Source: the human T2T-CHM13v2.0 reference genome, Homo sapiens
Assembly: GCF_009914755.1 (NCBI RefSeq)
Contig: NC_060938.1
Strand: one strand, 5' to 3'
Length of the DNA: 64,000 nucleotides
The notes below the pieces were generated by a model, which worked only from the letters and a program-made list of their open reading frames with translations, made no database searches and had not been told where the DNA came from. This document shows, piece after piece, positions 24,026 through 37,685 of the stretch. The position numbers were made by a program, and so were the translations under genes. Position 1 is the first letter of the stretch. Every line of letters starts with the position of its first letter.

Positions 24026-25504
24026 CCTGAGTGCATCACTCGTAAAGGCTGTGTTAGAGAGTGTGGCCTAGATCTCATAGATTAGCAGACTTGTTTTAAT
24101 ACATCACTTCAGAATCAGTCAACCTTCAACCACAGGTCTTTTCTTCTTTGGATGCCTGTACCGGTAAAACTTTCAGCAAGAAGGAGCAAAGCAAAAAGTG
24201 TGCTTACCACAGGCAGGCTGGCAGCCAGGAGAGTTAGTCGTCTCCCAGACTCTACCAATCTGATGAATTCACAATCTGAATCAAGCTGGGGAGGCCAGGC
24301 ATGTCACTCAGATGGAAGGAAACAACGAAAGTGAGAAATAAATGTTAACTCTTAGCAGCATCAGAATTCAGAATGATTCTTAGAAAAATGTTACAGGGTT
24401 TGTGTCAACAAGAAGGTCAGAGGCAGAACTGTATTTTAAATATCCAACATTTTGGCATATAGCTATTCTAGCAAAAGCATCTTTGAGGCTGTCATGTGGC
24501 AAGAATTGTGGTTATCAGAAAAAAAAATAGGAGTTTTTAGGTTACACTTAAAATATAAAGACCTTAATAGACCTTTATTTTATAGAAAGATATGGAAGAA
24601 TAAATTTATATTCAGTTCCTTCAAATTAAATTATTTTTTCAACTGGGTGTAACTGAAATAAATAGGGCAGCCATAGTAATTTTACTTAAGCAACTTCATT
24701 GCCTCAGAGAGCAGATGATGAACTATTTTAGTGAATATATGAAATGATATCTGGCAAGAGAAAAATACTTGATCATCTCACTTCCTTCTAGTTGATGTTC
24801 AAGAGTCCCTGCATCCAGATTTACAGCTCTTTGCTTACACATCCATCATTGTTAATATGCCAATACCCTGACGAAGCAAGCCTGGTATTGGCTGCATGAG
24901 TCAGTTTTTCCTGGTAGAGAGTGGTTTATTATTCTTGTTGCTGCTGTTGTAGTATTAACATCTGACAATTTGATAATTAACAATGATTATAAATTAGCTT
25001 ATTACTATAATGACATGAGTCTAAGTGGACATTTGATATAGCTTATTTTTGAGTGTAAAAATTCTGGTTCTAAGTCAGGTGTCTGGAAGTGTTTTGTTAT
25101 TATCACCGTGCTAGAAGATAAAATCTGAGTTCTGAATCAACCTACTTTCTTATTCTGTTGCCTGTGACATTGAATCTCATGTTCATATGTTCATGTGTTT
25201 TATGTTCATATGTTTTTACATTTGCTTCCCTTTGTTAGAATTTCTGGTTAGGTGTGACCCAAAACTCTTAAGTCAGGTGGAGGAGCATTTTAGGACTGGC
25301 TCTGCCATTTAACTTAAATAATAAGTTATTAAGTTATTATAACTTAAATAATAAGTTAATGAATCTTTCCAAATCTGAGCTTTCTCATATATAAAATAAG
25401 AATGCTAATGCATCTACCTCCTAGGCACCAGTAAAGATTAAGTGGAATCATGTATATAGTGTGTAACACATTTTGTGTGTGTGTGGTTAGTTTCTTTTTT
25501 TTTT

Positions 25505-26017
25505 TTTGAGTTTGTTTTAATTTTTAGCTTTCTCAAATAAGAGAACATGTGAAGTTTGTCTTTCTGTGCCTGGCTTATTTCACTTAACATAATGACCCCC
25601 AGTTCCATCCATATTGATGCAAATGACAGAATCTCATTCATTTTTATGGCTGAATAGTACTCCATTGTATACATGTATCATACGGTTTTTTTTACTATTA
25701 TACTTTAAGTTTTAGGGTACACATGCACAACGTGCAGGTTTGTTACATATGTATACATGTGCCATGTTGGTGTGCTGCACCCATTAACTCATCATTTACA
25801 TGAGGTATATCTCCTAATGCTATCCCTCACCTCTTCCCCTACCCCACAACAGGCCCCGGTGTGTGATGTTCCCCTTCCTCTGTCCAAGAGTTCTCATTGT
25901 TCAATTCCTACCTATGAGTGAGAACATGCGGTGTTTGGTTTTTTGTCCTTGTGATAGTTTACTGAGAATGATATCATACATTCTTTATTCATTCATCTGT
26001 TGATGGACACATAGTTT
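25505..26017 (-). mobile_element. L1MA-type 3' fragment interrupted by a younger L1PA
   Basis: TTTGTCTTTCTGTGCCTGGCTTATTTCACTTAACATAATG...GGCTGAATAGTACTCCATTGT, resuming after the insert with TTCATTCATCTGTTGATGGACAC. Confidence 0.85.
25686..25971 (-). mobile_element. L1PA (PA4/PA5-like) 3' end, 5'-truncated
   Basis: TATACTTTAAGTTTTAGGGTACA...GTGAGAACATGCGGTGTTTGG; TSD core TATCATAC at 25676-25683 and 25972-25979. Confidence 0.92.
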
Positions 26018-26123
26018 GCAGGGGTACATGTGCAGGTTTGTTGCATAGCTAAATATGTGTTATGGGAGTTTGTTGTCAGATTATTTCATCACCCAGGTAT
26101 TAAGCCTAGTACCCATTAGTTAT
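26018..26123 (-). mobile_element. Older L1PA (PA13-16-like) 3' fragment
   Basis: GGGGTACATGTGCAGGTTTGTT...GATTATTTCATCACCCAGGTATTAAGCCTAGTACCCATTAGTTAT. Confidence 0.75.
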
Positions 26124-27405
26124 ACAGTAATTTCTTAATACATATTATAACATTTGTTAATTGTATAAGTTAAAAATTTTATTACTATAATATTTGTTAA
26201 TTTTATAAATTTTGTATGATAAAATACGTGTATTACATTCAATGCATGGCTACAATTAGTCCACGTTTAAGGACTGACTCACTTTCTAGAATTTGGCAAT
26301 ACTATGTCTCTCAAAGTTTTCCTAATGAAATAAGCTATTTATCTTTCCAACCCACAGCTCTTCAGGTTCACATCTATTTCTTTGCTTTCTCACTGCCCTG
26401 ACTTCTACCCTTCCCTTTTTGTCTCCCTAGTACCCAAAGTCCTCTTCCCCACTGCACCTGCCATTCTTCTCCAGGTGAAAGTCTGATTTAGGAAAAGTGT
26501 ATGAGAAACTCTCATAATAAAGAGTGCATTTGTATTCTTAAAGCATTACAGCAGAGCTAAAGCCTAAGAGTATAATTTCAATATTCAGGCTGTGGGTAAG
26601 AGAGGTATTTGCTCAGCCGTAGATTCCTTTTGATGCCTCTGAAATCACTGTCATATCTGTAACTATCTATTGTACAGTCCATATGGCAACCTTTAATTAT
26701 ACCTGTTGGAATAATCCACTTAGCCAAAGTCAAGCATCCTCTGATTACGTGTTCTCTTGTTATTTCCTAGTTGTCATATATCCTTGGCAGCTGTCATCAG
26801 CCGAATTTGGTGTTTCTAATTTTTAGTAGCTGTCATCCTGTCCCAAGTTTCTGTAACACATGCTTCGGCCTTGCCAAACATGATTTGCTTTAACAGTTAG
26901 TCATAATTTTTTGGGCCTTACCTTGGCGGGCTAGTGGTCACATTTTACTGTAGGTGATCTTTACAAGTGACTTCAGCTCCCTCTTCTAGCTTTACCTTTT
27001 TTTTTAATTGCACAAAATTCTATGTAGCATGTCAATCGATAGGCAAAAAAAGATCTGTTAGCCTCCATTACCCAAGAGTGGGCCATATTTCAGTGGTAGG
27101 TAAATTTGGTCCAATAGTTATGTTTGAAATGCCAACAATGAATAAATTAAATTAAAATTTATTGAGCACCTACAGTGTTATAGTTATTTGCTTGCTAATT
27201 TGATTTTAAGTGTGTGTATAAGTATATGCATGTGTGTGAGTGTGTATAATAGAGGCTATTCTTTTCAAGGTCATACAGCTACTAAGTGGAAAAGCTATGA
27301 ATTAAATGAAAAGTTTCCTGGCTAAGAAGTCCTTGCTTTGTCCTCAAAATAGGTTTTTGCTAAGCCTACATTAGTTAGAATGGGAAATATATATAGAGAT
27401 ATATG

Positions 27406-27829
<424 letters not shown>

Positions 27830-28919
27830 TCATAAGGTTTATAGTCTTCAACGATAGAGTGACTTTTATGTTTTTCTACCAGAAGATTCGAAGTTTTGTA
27901 GAGACAAATGTTTATGACATTATTACTTTGGTAAAGTTCAGTAAAGCAAACAAACAAGATGAAAACCTGCCTGCTGAGGGTTGGTTAATCTCTTCTGAAA
28001 AAGGTACACTTTGGTATAATGATTCATAAAAAGCATGTGGACACTTTACAGCTTTACATTTAGAATAAAACCTGTAATCCCAATGCCTGTTCTATGTGTT
28101 ATACCTGTGTTTTCCTGAATTATATGTCTGTGTACCTCCTCTTTATACAGTGTTTCATCTAAAAGGGTGGCATTTACTGCTAGAATTTGAGATCATGAAA
28201 AGGAATGATTTTAGCACAAAAAAAACTAAACCTGTTTTCTATCAAATTCTAAGAACCCAGAGGCAATGAATGCTACTGTCAAAAATAATTTGAAGAAAGT
28301 GTATCTGACAGTATTTTTCAAATTTAGCTACAATTTTGGTTTTACTTTGGGGTATTGCTCCAGTGGAGATTCGTTCATGATTGTATACCTTCCTAGAATA
28401 TACAGATTTTTCTTATTAGGCATTCTAAGGAGAGCTTGTTACTGACATTCTGCAGAACTTTACAGTCATAGTATTTCATCTGTAATATTATCTTATAGAA
28501 TATAAAGATTTTCCTGTAAAAATGGAAGTGTCCCCAAGCCTGTGTTTCTAGTCATGTTTCAATCACTAAGTAGCTTTCTGACCTGGTCAAGCCACTTTAC
28601 CATCTTTCTGGGTCTTCTTTCCTCATTGGTACCAAGAAAGGGTCAGAGTATTTGAACCTTAATGTCTCTTCTTAGTTCCACCATGTTGCTATGCACAACC
28701 CTCATCCACTGCTTATGACTGCTGTGTAAAACACTCCAACCTCAGTATGCCTACAGGCATTCCACAGGAGGTCTATGAAGCTTTTCACAGTTGCAAAGTC
28801 ATTTTTCCCCTTTGGAAACTGGACTTCAATACCATTTTGGTTCAACATGTGTTTTCTTACACTGATAACAAGAATGGGGGCTCCTAAAAGCATAGATGTT
28901 CTTTATGACATCAACCTCG

Positions 28920-29032
28920 AAAATGTAAAGGATATATTCAAAATATAACTCCTCTAAAGTAAGTAACCATTTATCCAAAAATTTAGAGGGTATATTCAAA
29001 ATATAACTCCCCAAAAATAAGTAACCATTTAT
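28920..29032 (+). repeat. Tandem duplication, 58-bp period, 2 copies
   Basis: TATATTCAAAATATAACTCC at 28933 and 28991, each followed by TAAGTAACCATTTAT. Confidence 0.9.
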
Positions 29033-29353
29033 AAAGTAACTAATGTAAATACTTCTGGATTCTAAAATGTATATTGGGTTCTTGGGAACTTGAAATAGCA
29101 ATTATTTTATAAATCCTTTGTAATAGTCAATAGCAAAGTAAGATCATTGATGTGTGTTTACTCCTTGTTGTCTCTTCTTATACGTTTTTCCAGAGGATGA
29201 AGTTCAGTACAGTAATAAAGTAAAATTAAAAAAAAGCTAATGTATTTGTAGACTTCTAAAGTCTTCAAATATTTATTCTGCCCTGTTGAGTGTCTTATGG
29301 ATAGGTAATATTATCTTTAAAGGTGATGCTCAACTTTCATGCTGTTTTATTTG

Positions 29354-29648
<295 letters not shown>

Positions 29649-31570
29649 TGTGCTGTACTATTTATTTTTTTATCCCATGGTTACATATGTTATGCAATGA
29701 AAATGTTTTCATGCTACACATCAAGTATAAAACTCTTCAGGCCAGACTCCTATACAGATTAAGATGGCATATATGAATTGTTTTTTTTTTCTTTCTCCCA
29801 AAGGCATAGGTTAGGCATATTTACTGTCTTTGCCAGGCCTTTTCTCACTTTTTAAGACATCCGAATGTGTAGATTTCCTTCCTTTTCAACATTTACATTG
29901 GAAGATGAACATATTTAGAATGAGCCAAAAGAAAAAATGCTGCATAAAGCAGTGTTGAAGGAAGTTATTCTGGCAGTCTTAGGGTTGAAATTCGCAATCC
30001 ATTACAAGCATGGAAGCTGTAGAGCCTTGGATGAGGCTCTACAAGGATTGGGATTTGTAGAAATTTGATGCGTCCAAACTCTGTAATTACCTTAAAGAAA
30101 TCCAAGCTTTCTGCAATTAAAAATGTGTAATTAAAAAGTCATCCAGTGTGTGTGTGTTTGTGTGTGCGTGTAATTTATATCCATAAATATGCATCTACTA
30201 TGTGAAACATCTCTTAAGGGATATGAATGTATGCTGAAATAATTCAGCTAGTGTAAAGAGGGAAGGAAAAAATAATTTATATTACTGGGGGAAGGCAGTC
30301 AGATGAATATAAATGGGGAAGCACCATCCCCAGCAGAGATAATAGGTTGAGAAGGAGCTATAAATAGGGAAAATCTGGGTGTGTATGGAAAAAGTGACTT
30401 CAACATATGATTAATTAGAGGTGGTGGGGAAAACAATCAAAGAAATATCAATGTGTAGTAAGTAAAAAATGTGGAAGGGTGGTGGGTAGAGGAGCAAAGT
30501 ATAGTGGAGGTTACTGAATGCACAGAAAAATAATTAAACTCTTAGGTTATACCCTTATCCAAGATTCTGAATTAGTTTCTTCTACTCAGCTTTTCCGGGG
30601 ATGGTTAGGGCTTCTACAGATAGGAAGTAGAATGCTGTGAAAAGAAGGTACACTTACGAAGGAAAGTTTCTGAAAATAAACCAGAAAACTAATTTGCTAG
30701 GGGAGTTCCCTAGTGGCAGAGAGTTTACACCATGTGTTGCCCTTTCTCTCTGCACTTCCAGGAATTCCATCTGCAGAAGGTGAGTGACAGGCCGGTGGTG
30801 CTGGTAAAGTCTGTGCTGAGGCAGTAGGAGAGCTGATGTCAATGACAAGGCAACCCTTGACTGCAGCCCTGACACCTGTCTGGGGAATTTAGACTTTAGT
30901 GACAATCCTTGACCTGCCATGCAAATCTGGAGCTATACCATTGAATTATTGCCCGTGATTGGGTGTGGAAATGGAGAGCTTTGTGGGCCAGGAAGCAGGC
31001 AGTTTGTAATGTGTGGATTTTTAGCCCGGCAAGCTAGATGTTCTACCTTCACTAGAGTAATTTTAATTCATTCTCTTCTGAAGAAAGAGGTAAAGATGAA
31101 GGTTGTCTAGGGAGGAGGAATCTCAATATTTTTCTTCATTAGGACAGTTATAATGTTGAGACCAAAAAGATGTAAGTAAAGGTAATTAACAAAGGGCAAT
31201 CTACTTCCTTTGGAGCTTATAAATTCCTCAACTACTTAGAAATGCTACTCTGTCTCACCCTGACATTTGATCTTTGTACTTCAGATAGGATTTGACGTAC
31301 GTTTAAGTTCTCAGTGGACTCAGGTTTCCGGAGGACTTTTTTGTTAACTGCTGATTGAACCTTTATTCTGCTCCACATGATTCCTTTGCCAGCTTGTTTG
31401 AAGTGTTTGTTCCTGGTGGAACCACAACAAATATGTGAGCTCATTTTCTTTCTATTAGGTAAGGTCTTTAGAGTTTGGGATTTCAAGTATTCAGTGTTTC
31501 ATGCCTTCAGTGTTCTTTTAGAAATCTGTATGTATTCCTACATTTTTCACAGGCAGTAATCCAGAGAATC

Positions 31571-31946
31571 TGATATGGTTTGGCTGTATCCCCCACCCAA
31601 ATCTCACCTCAAATTGTAATCCCTGTTATCCCTATGTGTCAAGGGCAGGACCAGGTGGAGGTAATTAAATCACAGGGGGGCGGTTTCCCCCATGCTGTTC
31701 TCATCATAGTGAGTTCTCACAAAATCTGATGGTTTTATAAGTGTCTGGCATTTCCCCTGTTTGCAATCACTTTATTCTGCCACCCCATGAATAAGGTGCC
31801 TGCTTCTCTTTTGCCTTCCACCATGATTGTAAGTTTCCTGAGGCCTCCCCAGCCTTGAGGAACTATGAGTCAATTAAACCTCTCTCCTTTGTAAATTACC
31901 CAGTCTTGGGTACTCCTTCATAGCGGTGTGAGAATGGACCAACACT
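31571..31946 (+). mobile_element. THE1 (C/D-like) solo LTR
   Basis: TGATATGGTTTGGCTG...CATGATTGTAAGTTTCCTGAGGCCTCCCCAGCC...GTCAATTAAACCTCT; 5-bp TSD GAATC/GGATC. Confidence 0.92.
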
Positions 31947-33217
31947 GGATCAAATCTGGCTTATGTAAATCTGGAATAAAGAGTAATAAAACCAACCAGA
32001 TGCTAATAATATGACGCCACCTCTTTTCTCCCATCCAAGATGTGATTCTCTAGATTTTCCAGTCTGATGATGTTGTGGAGCTCGCAGTTGACCTGTATCT
32101 TCTTGATATAAGTTCCATGTGGTTGAGCTTGGCGTTTATAACAGAACAGCAAAAAATGGGATCCCTTTCATCAGAATTCCCCTCTTTGCCCCCACACTTT
32201 GTAGCAATTCCCTGTTTGCCACTTTCAACTCTTTGTTGATCTAATTATTGGTATGTCTACCCAAGAAAATCTTAAGCTTATTTGGGGACTGTGGTCTTGT
32301 TATATATATCATCTCCCGAGATACTAGAATAGCTTAAGTACCCAATTATTATTCAGTAAGTGCCTGTTTACTGTTGGACTTTCTTGAAAATTCATATAGA
32401 ATACCTTCATTTTCTTCACACTTTGGTCTGTAAACAGTGTGGAAGTAGTGAAGAAGACACAAAGTCACTTTAGACATGTTTATTACTCTCACTTTTATCC
32501 TCTCCCCTCCATCAGTGAAGACTCCTACTTGCCATCTTTCCTCTAAAGATCCTTAGTCCCTGAGAAGCAAGAGCTACTGAAGATTATATCCTAATAAGTT
32601 TCTAAAACTCAAAAGTTTTGGTAGGAAAGAACATGTAGGCTTAATTCCTTTCTCTTTGACAGTTTGGCCCAATTGGATGCTCAGGTGTAATATGCTATTA
32701 TTAGCCCTGAGATGAAAATTTCAGGGCCAAAATTATTAGTAAAACACTTAACATTTATTAAATTTTTACAGAGTATTTAATGTGTAAATATTTACTGCAC
32801 TGGGTACCTTATATGCATTGTTACATTTAATTCTCATTATAATGATTTATTAGCTATTACATAGGTATTTTTACTATCATCCTTATCTATACGGAGAGTG
32901 AGGCTTGATGGGATCAAGTAATTTGCCAGTGTCTACTAGCTCTTAGATAGTAAATTCAGCATTCAAGTTCATGCTTAAATTCTACCCTCTATGCCCTCCA
33001 TCTTATATAAACCTTAACTCCAGGAAAAACTTACCTGTCTTGTACTAACTGTCATATATTTGGTAGGAGAGGCAAGGAGACATTTTTCTAATCACATTCT
33101 TTCAGTATGTGTTGGGATAAATTTCAGGGGTTGGAATTTCCATCAAGTGCACATGTACACCTCTTAGAATTGTCACTTTAGGTTATGACAACTAGGATGC
33201 ATTTTTTAAATAAAAGA

Positions 33218-33588
33218 AGTGTATTTTGTATATGTATTATATACTGTATTCTTACAATAAAGTGAGCTAAAGAAAAGAAAATGTTATTAAGAAAATATTA
33301 GGAAATATTAAGAAAATGTTATTAAGAAAGAGAAAATATATTTACTATTATTACCTGAAAGTGGATCATCATAAAGGTCTTCATCATCATTGTCTTCATG
33401 TTGAGCAGGTTGAGGAGGAGGAAGAGAGAAGTTAGTCTTGCTGTCTCAGGCATGGCAGAGGTGGAAGATATGGAGGAGGTGGAAGGAGAGGCGAAGGAGG
33501 CAGTATATTCAGTGTGAGCTTTATTGAAAAAAATACACATATGAGTGGACCTACACAGCTCAAATGCATGTTATTCAGGGGTCGACTG
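33218..33588. mobile_element. Tigger3/MER7-type DNA transposon fragment
   Basis: TATACTGTATTCTTACAATAAAGT, GTGGATCATCATAAAGGTCTTCATC, terminal TTCAGGGGTCGACTG followed by TA. Confidence 0.8.
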
Positions 33589-34861
33589 TACCTTGATAAT
33601 AACATCACTGCCATTACCGTATTCTGAGTTGGTGGTATAAATGGCATTTTTCTAGGTGATCGTTATATATGTGTATCATGTATATTACCAGGTATAGTCC
33701 TGTAATAGTTCCACCTTTCTGCATAAAAGTCTTCACAAAGCTAAACTGAGAGTTATAGTAACTGTAATTATGGAAGGTAATCACAACAGGAAATATGTTA
33801 TATGAAATACAACTTTTACAAGTTGTTTTACAGTTTGTGTTATATGAAATAACAATTATAGGCTTTGTTATTCTGAACATTAATTTGCATTAGCCAAACA
33901 GGAGATTCATTTTAGGAATATTTGTATCTGTCTACTCTTTCTATTATCTATATATACCAATAAACATTGACAAACATTTAAGCATTAGAATTTTTGTCTC
34001 AATTGAATGAAGCTTTCAAAGATGCTTTTTCTTTTTTCTTGGAATCCTGTTGAATTTCCTTGAAAAATAAATAAGAGTTCACACCTTCTCAGAGTTTCCT
34101 CTGAGGTGTTTTGATACTGTTAACATGAGCATCAAAGTAATACCAACTCTTAAAACACACATAATTACTTAACTATCAGTGTATTTCTAAGAACCCTGTC
34201 ATATGCACCCTTCTTATTTTATGCTCATGTTGTAAATAGACATACATGATGCTGTGCTGTCATAGAGAAACCATCCATGTTCACTGCTTAAAGAAGTGAG
34301 TGTGAGTTTGAGTGTGAGTCTGTGATGTATGTTTAGTCTGTAATAACAATTCTATTAATTCAATACTGTTTTAAACATGCACTCACATCCTGTCATCAGT
34401 AAAACCAAGTGTCAGTTATCCACACAATTAATCAAGTTCTCACTCAGGCTTTCTAGTAATTCAACTAGTTTCCCATTTCCTTATTTCTTCTAGGTGACAT
34501 AGTTGCTTCTCCATCTGTAAAGCCAGTATAGGATATTTTAATTATTTAGTTAGCAATGTTTTTATTAGGCACTCTTTTAGGCACTGACGATATTAAAGTG
34601 AACAAGACAGATAAGTCCCTGTTTCCATGTGAACTAGAGTTTACATTCCAGTTGTACTAGTAAACAACTAAAACCTCTACATAAGGCAGTTTAATATTGA
34701 AGAATGTCCTGAGGAATATGAATCAGAACAATGTGGTAGTGGTGTGGTATACACATACTATTTACTTAGGGAGACCTTTCTAGTTGGTGACTTGAACTTA
34801 CACATGAATGAGAAGTAGCTAGTCACAAGAATATCTATAACAAGATTGTTATAAATAGCAA

Positions 34862-34867
34862 AGATAG

Positions 34868-34898
<31 letters not shown>

Positions 34899-34901
34899 GA
34901 T
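34862..34901. repeat. (GATA)n tetranucleotide microsatellite, ~10 units
   Basis: Seen directly; one AATA interruption. Confidence 0.95.
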
Positions 34902-37177
34902 GGAAAAAGCCCTAAAGTATGAATGAGCTTGGCAGATTTGAAAAATAGATTGACTAGTAGAGAGTGGATATTTGCGAAGATTTATTACTAATGATAGATC
35001 TTTAAATATCCACATAGCTTTAAGGGAGCAGTAAATTTAGCTTAAGGTTAGTAAAATGTTCAGTACCAGCAGGATATCCCTATAAGATTTTTTAGGATTA
35101 CAGAACTTGGATAAATGGTAAATTGGATCAACATCATGCCAATTAAATTTGTTGTATGGTCTGTTTTATTAAATCTCTAATTCGTATTTATATAATGTAT
35201 AATTATAACTTGCTGCTTATACAGAATGGTTACCCGTTTAGTATTTTATCTGTTCAACAACCATTTACTAATGTCCTATCATATGCAAGATAGAGTACTA
35301 GGGGCTGAGTATACAAAAATAAATAAGACCACTCTGTCATGAAAACATGTACAAAAAAGTAGATAACACAGGATTTAAATATATTTAGTGGGAAATATGT
35401 TTTCTCAGTTTAAACATATAAAAATTATAAAGTGGAATTTCAGATGAGAGTGGCATTGATAGATATAAGTAGGCATAGCTGATGCAGAGAATGTTAAAAT
35501 ATAATTTTGCAGGTCTGAAAAACCATTTGACATTTCCTTGTAATTCTGGATTAATGCTTATATGATTATCTCTGCCACAGTGGAAAAGTTTATAAATTTA
35601 AATTAATGGAAATTGCTGTTGATGAAACCCTCTAGAGGATAATACATTTCTGATATGCCTATAGGGCTCCGTATTTAAGCTAAACTCCTGCCCAAGATGC
35701 AGGATGATGAAGTCCTTTATTTCGGCCATCAGACCTATTAAAACCACGAGTATCCCTGTGAGTCCACAAGTCAGGCTACAATACAACATCCTCAATCTGA
35801 CAAGAAAATCAACTGATTTACTGAATTTATATGAACCAATTCTTATATGCATGACAGCCAAAAAAGTTCCAAAAAGAAAACAAATTTTGCATTAGTATGA
35901 GATTTTGAGGTTAGGAGCCTACGTTTAGAGGTTTATCAGTTCAGCCCCCGTATGGAGCTATCCAGGGTGCTGAACGTGCTCTGCAACTCAGTCCCCTTAG
36001 TCTCTGGGCTTGACCTATTTTTTCCATTGTTGTTTCTTATCTTCACCTTTTATTCCCTACCCATACTGCCTGCTCTGATTGCTCTTTGTATGATCTCATC
36101 AATCATATGTGACAGATTTTTGTCCCGACCCTTGCTATGCCCTACATTCTAACCTAGTACATTCTTCAACCCATGTTTAGCCAAATTTCAATTAAAATTT
36201 ATACCTACAGCCTTCCCAACAAGTGCCTTGACTCTCAATTTTGTTTCTTGAAGCAATGAGATCATTGATTTGATCTCTAATTATAAAGTAATTAAAAACA
36301 ATTTTATTTCAGTCCACAAATACATAAATATTCTAAAAAGGAGCCTTTAATTCATTTAATAATCCATAAAAATAAACTGAAAAATCAAGCGTGGACTTCT
36401 TTGTCACTTTCCTCTTTTTCATTGTGACCTTCTCTCTCCTCCCACTTCTCCTTCCTCCTCATCATCATTATAAATTCAATGAGTCAGAATGGTTTAATTG
36501 AAATTCTTCATTTAAAAAGTAGGATCTTGGTAAAATGTAGGTTCAAAGACAATTTTACAATAGTTTAACCTTAGTAGATGAAAAATAGTAAAAGTATAAA
36601 CAACTCCTGTGAACATATTGTCTTTGAAATTGGTAAAATAAATAAAATTGAGATCACTTCTTACTGTACATCTCCAGCTTATTTTAGGATGTATCTCTTC
36701 CTTTCTGACTGGAAGACTCAAAATACATTTAGAGAGTTGGAGCTGGTGTTGACAGTCAATGATTAGGGCAAAAGTTTTGCATGTACTTCACCTCTGTATT
36801 TCTCCCTAATTTCATCCATTGTAATTTAAGAAGAAGGACATGCCTGAATTGAAAAGTTCAACAAGTGAACTTTTGAATAAACAGTGTAGATTTTTATCTT
36901 AGGTCCACCAATCCCTAACCATGTAATCTTGGGTAAATCTTTAACTCTATGGATCTATATTTTTTAAATTTGCAAATTGAGAATAATAAAACATCCTCAC
37001 ACTGAAGATTCCTGCCAGAATTATATGAGATAATGCATATCCAAAGTTTAGGGCAGAAACTGAAACCTAGCCAACATTTTAAAAATGTGAATTATTGTCA
37101 TTAACTTATCCTTTCGGTGCTTCACCTCTCCATACATTTTAAGATACTCTGGTCATTATGAGTACTTGCCACAAGTA

Positions 37178-37685
37178 TATAGGAGATAAAAGATTTATTT
37201 TCCCACCCATTATTAGGTTCATAGCTGAGGTATCCTGTAATAAGAGACAGATTAACAGGAAAAAAAGCATACAAATTAATATAATTTTTATGTGACATTG
37301 GAGCCTTTGAAGGGAAGACCCAAAGAAACAGGGAATCCTGTGTATTTTAGACTTTGGTTTCATAAAGAGTGGACAGTCTTGGGGAAGTATGGCTGGACAA
37401 AAGTGGGCATGGCCTGATGGTAATAAGCTGGGGGAAACTTAGCAAGGCCTATTGTTCAGATTCTTCCTGGTGTCTCTGTGTGTTCAGCTGCTTTCCTCTA
37501 GTTCTAGAGAGAATACCTCTGAATGAAGGTCTTTATGATTTGCTTTAGATGAAAGTCAGAGGATTATTTTATGGTCTGCTTCAGGGGAGAAGAGTGAGAG
37601 AAAGTCAAAGAGATCTTTCTGCTTCTGCTGCTTTCTCAAATGCCAAGTTGCTGTATTTTGGGGTAGTATGTCCTGAACCCCATCA
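37178..37685 (-). mobile_element. MER34/MER39-family ERV1 solo LTR
   Basis: AAGACCCAAAGAAACAGGGAA, AAACTTAGCAAGGCCT..TGTTCAGATTC, TTTTGGGGTAGTATGTCCTGAACCCCATCA; 4-bp TSD AGTA/GGTA. Confidence 0.8.

Noticed and set aside
28775-28950. 57-codon ATG-initiated ORF (MKLFTVAKSFFPFGNW...)
   Set aside because: No recognisable homology and no convincing splice context; expected by chance
35703-35800. ATGATGA...CTGA spacing resembling a C/D box snoRNA
   Set aside because: No terminal stem and no recognisable rRNA or snRNA antisense element
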